A DNA stretch of 64,000 nt from a virus (lineage: Duplodnaviria > Heunggongvirae > Uroviricota > Caudoviricetes): positions 1 through 64,000 of the IMG/VR virus record IMGVR_UViG_3300032092_002720. One strand, written 5' to 3'. Shown here piece by piece: positions 61,661 through 64,000 of this stretch; position 1 is the stretch's first letter; each line of letters opens with the position of its first letter. Position numbers and translations under genes: made by a program. The notes under the pieces are model-generated. The model ran no database searches. It saw only the letters and a list, made by a program, of their open reading frames with translations, and had not been told where the DNA came from.

Positions 61661-63921
61661 TATGCAGCCAATCTATGATACTGGAGATAACCTTCTACGG
61701 CTCCGCTTCCAGGGAAATTAGGATCAAGACATTCTAACTTGCCGTCGTTCGAAGCATTTGCTTGACGAATAGAAGATGCTCCCGCAGATTCTTGTTGAGT
61801 TGCAGTTTGAGCGGCGTTAGCGTTTCCTAAATCAACCGCATTTTGTATCTGTGCAGAAGTACGTGCTAGCGCGGTAGTTACAGTAGATTCTCCTTGAACT
61901 GGCGTTGCAGCACCACCCCCTCCACCACCTGCCGAAGGTATATCAGAAGAAGATCTTTCAACGTTACCACTCATGGTATCGTTAAAACCTGATAATTGAG
62001 ATCCACTCGTAGGTCTCATAGTATTACTTCCGAGTCCAGCACGTAATACTGTACCGATGGCTTCCATTGCTCCTTTGCCTAAGTCGGCAAAACTCGAAGC
62101 CATACTGCTACCAGTTTCTCCCTGAGGATTCAGCGTTCCATCATAGCCTGGACGAACTGATCCTAGCATTTTTGCGTAGTGCGCGCCGTTGCCTCCAGAC
62201 CAAGTTCCTAATCCAGCTCTTACTGATTTTCCGCGATAATAGCGAGAATTTCTCCAGTTTTCCATCGCAGCGCGAATGCCGTTTTCGGGTGTATCATATA
62301 CAGCAATTTTAACAGAGCTATCACCGTTAGCGCGTTTAAATCCTATCTGATGATCTTTTAATGGTCCTGTACCATAAAGAATGCCGCCGGGATTATTCGT
62401 TACTCCTCGAGGATCTTCAATACGACCTTGTGCTTCTACAAGTTGTCTGAGTTCTCCGTCCGTAAGTTGCTCGGGATTCTTATCGAGAATAGCATCAATA
62501 GAACCTGACGCGGCAGGGGGTAAAACATCACCACTAGAAGTTGGTGTAGCAGCCGGAGGAGAAGACGTAGGAGCTGGAGATGCGTCAGCTGTCGGTGAAG
62601 TTGAAGTAGCAGGAGAAGCATTTGCTTTCTCGTCGTCAGTAGCAGCTTGTGCTCTTGCCTCTGCAGTTTCTGAGAATTCTACCCAAATTTGATACAAATC
62701 CCATAACAACCAAGCCGCGAAACCTGCTGCTATCAGTTTTGTTACAACAGCAGAAACCGCAGCCACTGGTGCACCTATACCGGTGGCAGCTAGTGTAGCT
62801 TCAGCAGCAGTAGTAGCGGCGGTCGTAGCGGCCACAGCAGCAATTTGAGCGAGAAGTCTTTGTTGTGCTTTCTTTTCTAAGTATCTTAAGAAGAGATTCC
62901 ACAATCTATTTTTGCCATATGCAGAGAAAGCGAAACGTATAAAAGCTTTTTCTGCAAACCATGCGCTAAATCTTGCGGCTTGTCTCGCTACAAATCCAGT
63001 TACAGCACCGGCTGCAGCTTTAACGCCCTTATATGCAAACTTTACCGCCGTGACAGGAGCTATGGCCAATGCAGCGAGTGGGAAATTGCCTACGATCGCG
63101 GAGAGCAATCCTTTTCCACCTTCTCTTTTATTAGTTTCAGGATTAATCTTTCCGTAAGCATCTTCATAGATTTTTCCGGCAACTGCACCTATTAGTGCTC
63201 CTCGCACACCTGCAACAGTAAATCCAATGCCCGCTCCTAAGGTTGCATCGTAACCCAATGCACCCGCCAAGTTTTTAACAAAATCAATAACAGGCGATAT
63301 CTTATCAGTGAAAGCTGCCCAATTTGATTTCAACTCGTTTAACTGCGTCGTATCTAAATTTCCAATGGCGCCCAGTCCGAGAGCACCTAATAGACCACCT
63401 CCGATTAAAAGCTTACCTACAATCCCAGCTCTTTCTTTGGCGTTATCTTTGACCGCGCCCAGCTTTTCCCCCAAATTACTAAAGGGATTCTGAATAGATC
63501 TTCCGCCAGATTCGATCGAGGCTTCTTTTTCTGCCTGAGCTTGTTGCTGAAAAGCCTTTCTTTCAAACTGAAGTTGTTGCTCAAGAGTCTTTTCAATCGA
63601 AGAAAGATAGTTTACCGCTACAACCAACAATTTTTCTGTTGGCATATTTGGATTGACAGCCGGTCTACCCGACTTTTTAGGAGAAGTAGGAATTGTGCCT
63701 GATCCAGACACCCTTGTTTTTGCAGCCTGACCTGCCATACCAACACCATTAATAACAGTCACTGGAGCTGGAGAAAGAGCTCCTTGCATAGCTCCTCCTA
63801 CAGCTTCTCCAACACCGCGAACGGCGTTGCCAGCTGCTTCTACTACTTTTCCTGCTAATCCAAAAGTACCTGCAATGGTTTCTTTTACAGCAGCAGAAAA
63901 TGGTGTTTCTACAAGTGCCAT
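61660..63921 (-). CDS. Large virion protein (tape-measure/ejection-like), paralogue of 59408-61660
   Basis: Gly/Ala-rich TM-like segments and coiled-coil stretches. Shares VGMAGQAAK and AIGTVLRAGLGSNTMRPTSGSQLS blocks with the downstream gene. TAATG coupling. Confidence 0.5.
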   Translation of the reverse strand: MALVETPFSAAVKETIAGTFGLAGKVVEAAGNAVRGVGEAVGGAMQGALSPAPVTVINGVGMAGQAAKTRVSGSGTIPTSPKKSGRPAVNPNMPTEKLLVVAVNYLSSIEKTLEQQLQFERKAFQQQAQAEKEASIESGGRSIQNPFSNLGEKLGAVKDNAKERAGIVGKLLIGGGLLGALGLGAIGNLDTTQLNELKSNWAAFTDKISPVIDFVKNLAGALGYDATLGAGIGFTVAGVRGALIGAVAGKIYEDAYGKINPETNKREGGKGLLSAIVGNFPLAALAIAPVTAVKFAYKGVKAAAGAVTGFVARQAARFSAWFAEKAFIRFAFSAYGKNRLWNLFLRYLEKKAQQRLLAQIAAVAATTAATTAAEATLAATGIGAPVAAVSAVVTKLIAAGFAAWLLWDLYQIWVEFSETAEARAQAATDDEKANASPATSTSPTADASPAPTSSPPAATPTSSGDVLPPAASGSIDAILDKNPEQLTDGELRQLVEAQGRIEDPRGVTNNPGGILYGTGPLKDHQIGFKRANGDSSVKIAVYDTPENGIRAAMENWRNSRYYRGKSVRAGLGTWSGGNGAHYAKMLGSVRPGYDGTLNPQGETGSSMASSFADLGKGAMEAIGTVLRAGLGSNTMRPTSGSQLSGFNDTMSGNVERSSSDIPSAGGGGGGAATPVQGESTVTTALARTSAQIQNAVDLGNANAAQTATQQESAGASSIRQANASNDGKLECLDPNFPGSGAVEGYLQYHRLAA

Positions 63922-64000
63922 TACTTTCTTCTACTCTCTATTTCTTGTTTCTGCTCTTCAAGATGAGCCATCAACAAATCGACATAAAGATCTCTTTCAT

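Noticed and set aside
1-64000. CRISPR arrays, integrase/att sites, transposases
   Set aside because: No direct-repeat/spacer periodicity, no tyrosine/serine recombinase motifs and no IS-like terminal inverted repeats were seen anywhere in the window.

Overview
This window is almost entirely + strand phage DNA with a T4-like replication and nucleotide-metabolism core. Recognisable core genes are family-B DNA polymerase (gp43-like), UvsX, gp41 helicase, gp61 primase, RNase H, gp59, gp32, a gp33-like protein, NrdA/NrdB, ThyX, dCMP deaminase, glutaredoxin and PhoH. A large complement of accessory genes is interleaved with them. Only three substantial genes lie on the - strand: an endolysin at 6561-7739 and two paralogous M23-peptidase-containing proteins at 59408-63921, each bounded by bidirectional hairpin terminators. 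At least 12 copies of a conserved promoter motif, (C/G)ATGTACA-N17-TAnnnT, precede gene blocks, so a shared early-type promoter organises the region. Most interesting accessory content: (1) a structured RNA at ~56.4-56.8 kb that reads as a circularly permuted two-piece tmRNA, with the CGCCUCC-ACCA acceptor end upstream of a GGGGGCG coding piece that encodes tag ANDNDSFADIRLAA; (2) a CHASE2-sensor class III nucleotidyl cyclase next to a curlin-repeat protein and a sulfotransferase-like ORF at the window start; (3) a heptose nucleotide-sugar gene cluster (GmhA, GHMP heptose kinase, HAD phosphatase, glycosyltransferase, methyltransferase-like) with an RfaE-domain-II-like nucleotidyltransferase 39 kb away; (4) a stand-alone beta-ketoacyl synthase beside an AAA+ ATPase and an SGNH hydrolase; (5) a Dps ferritin-like protein between two lysine-rich proteins with internal repeats; (6) a NadM-like NMN adenylyltransferase in a HAD / KxDG-protein cassette; (7) several lysis-related genes, namely a three-module endolysin, an Rz/Rz1 embedded spanin pair, a SleB-type hydrolase, an EF-hand micro-protein, a secreted SNase nuclease and an RD-repeat secreted protein. 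The ANDN...LAA tag and the permuted tmRNA architecture point to an alphaproteobacterial host. All annotations are from motif-level reading of the sequence only; no database search was possible.
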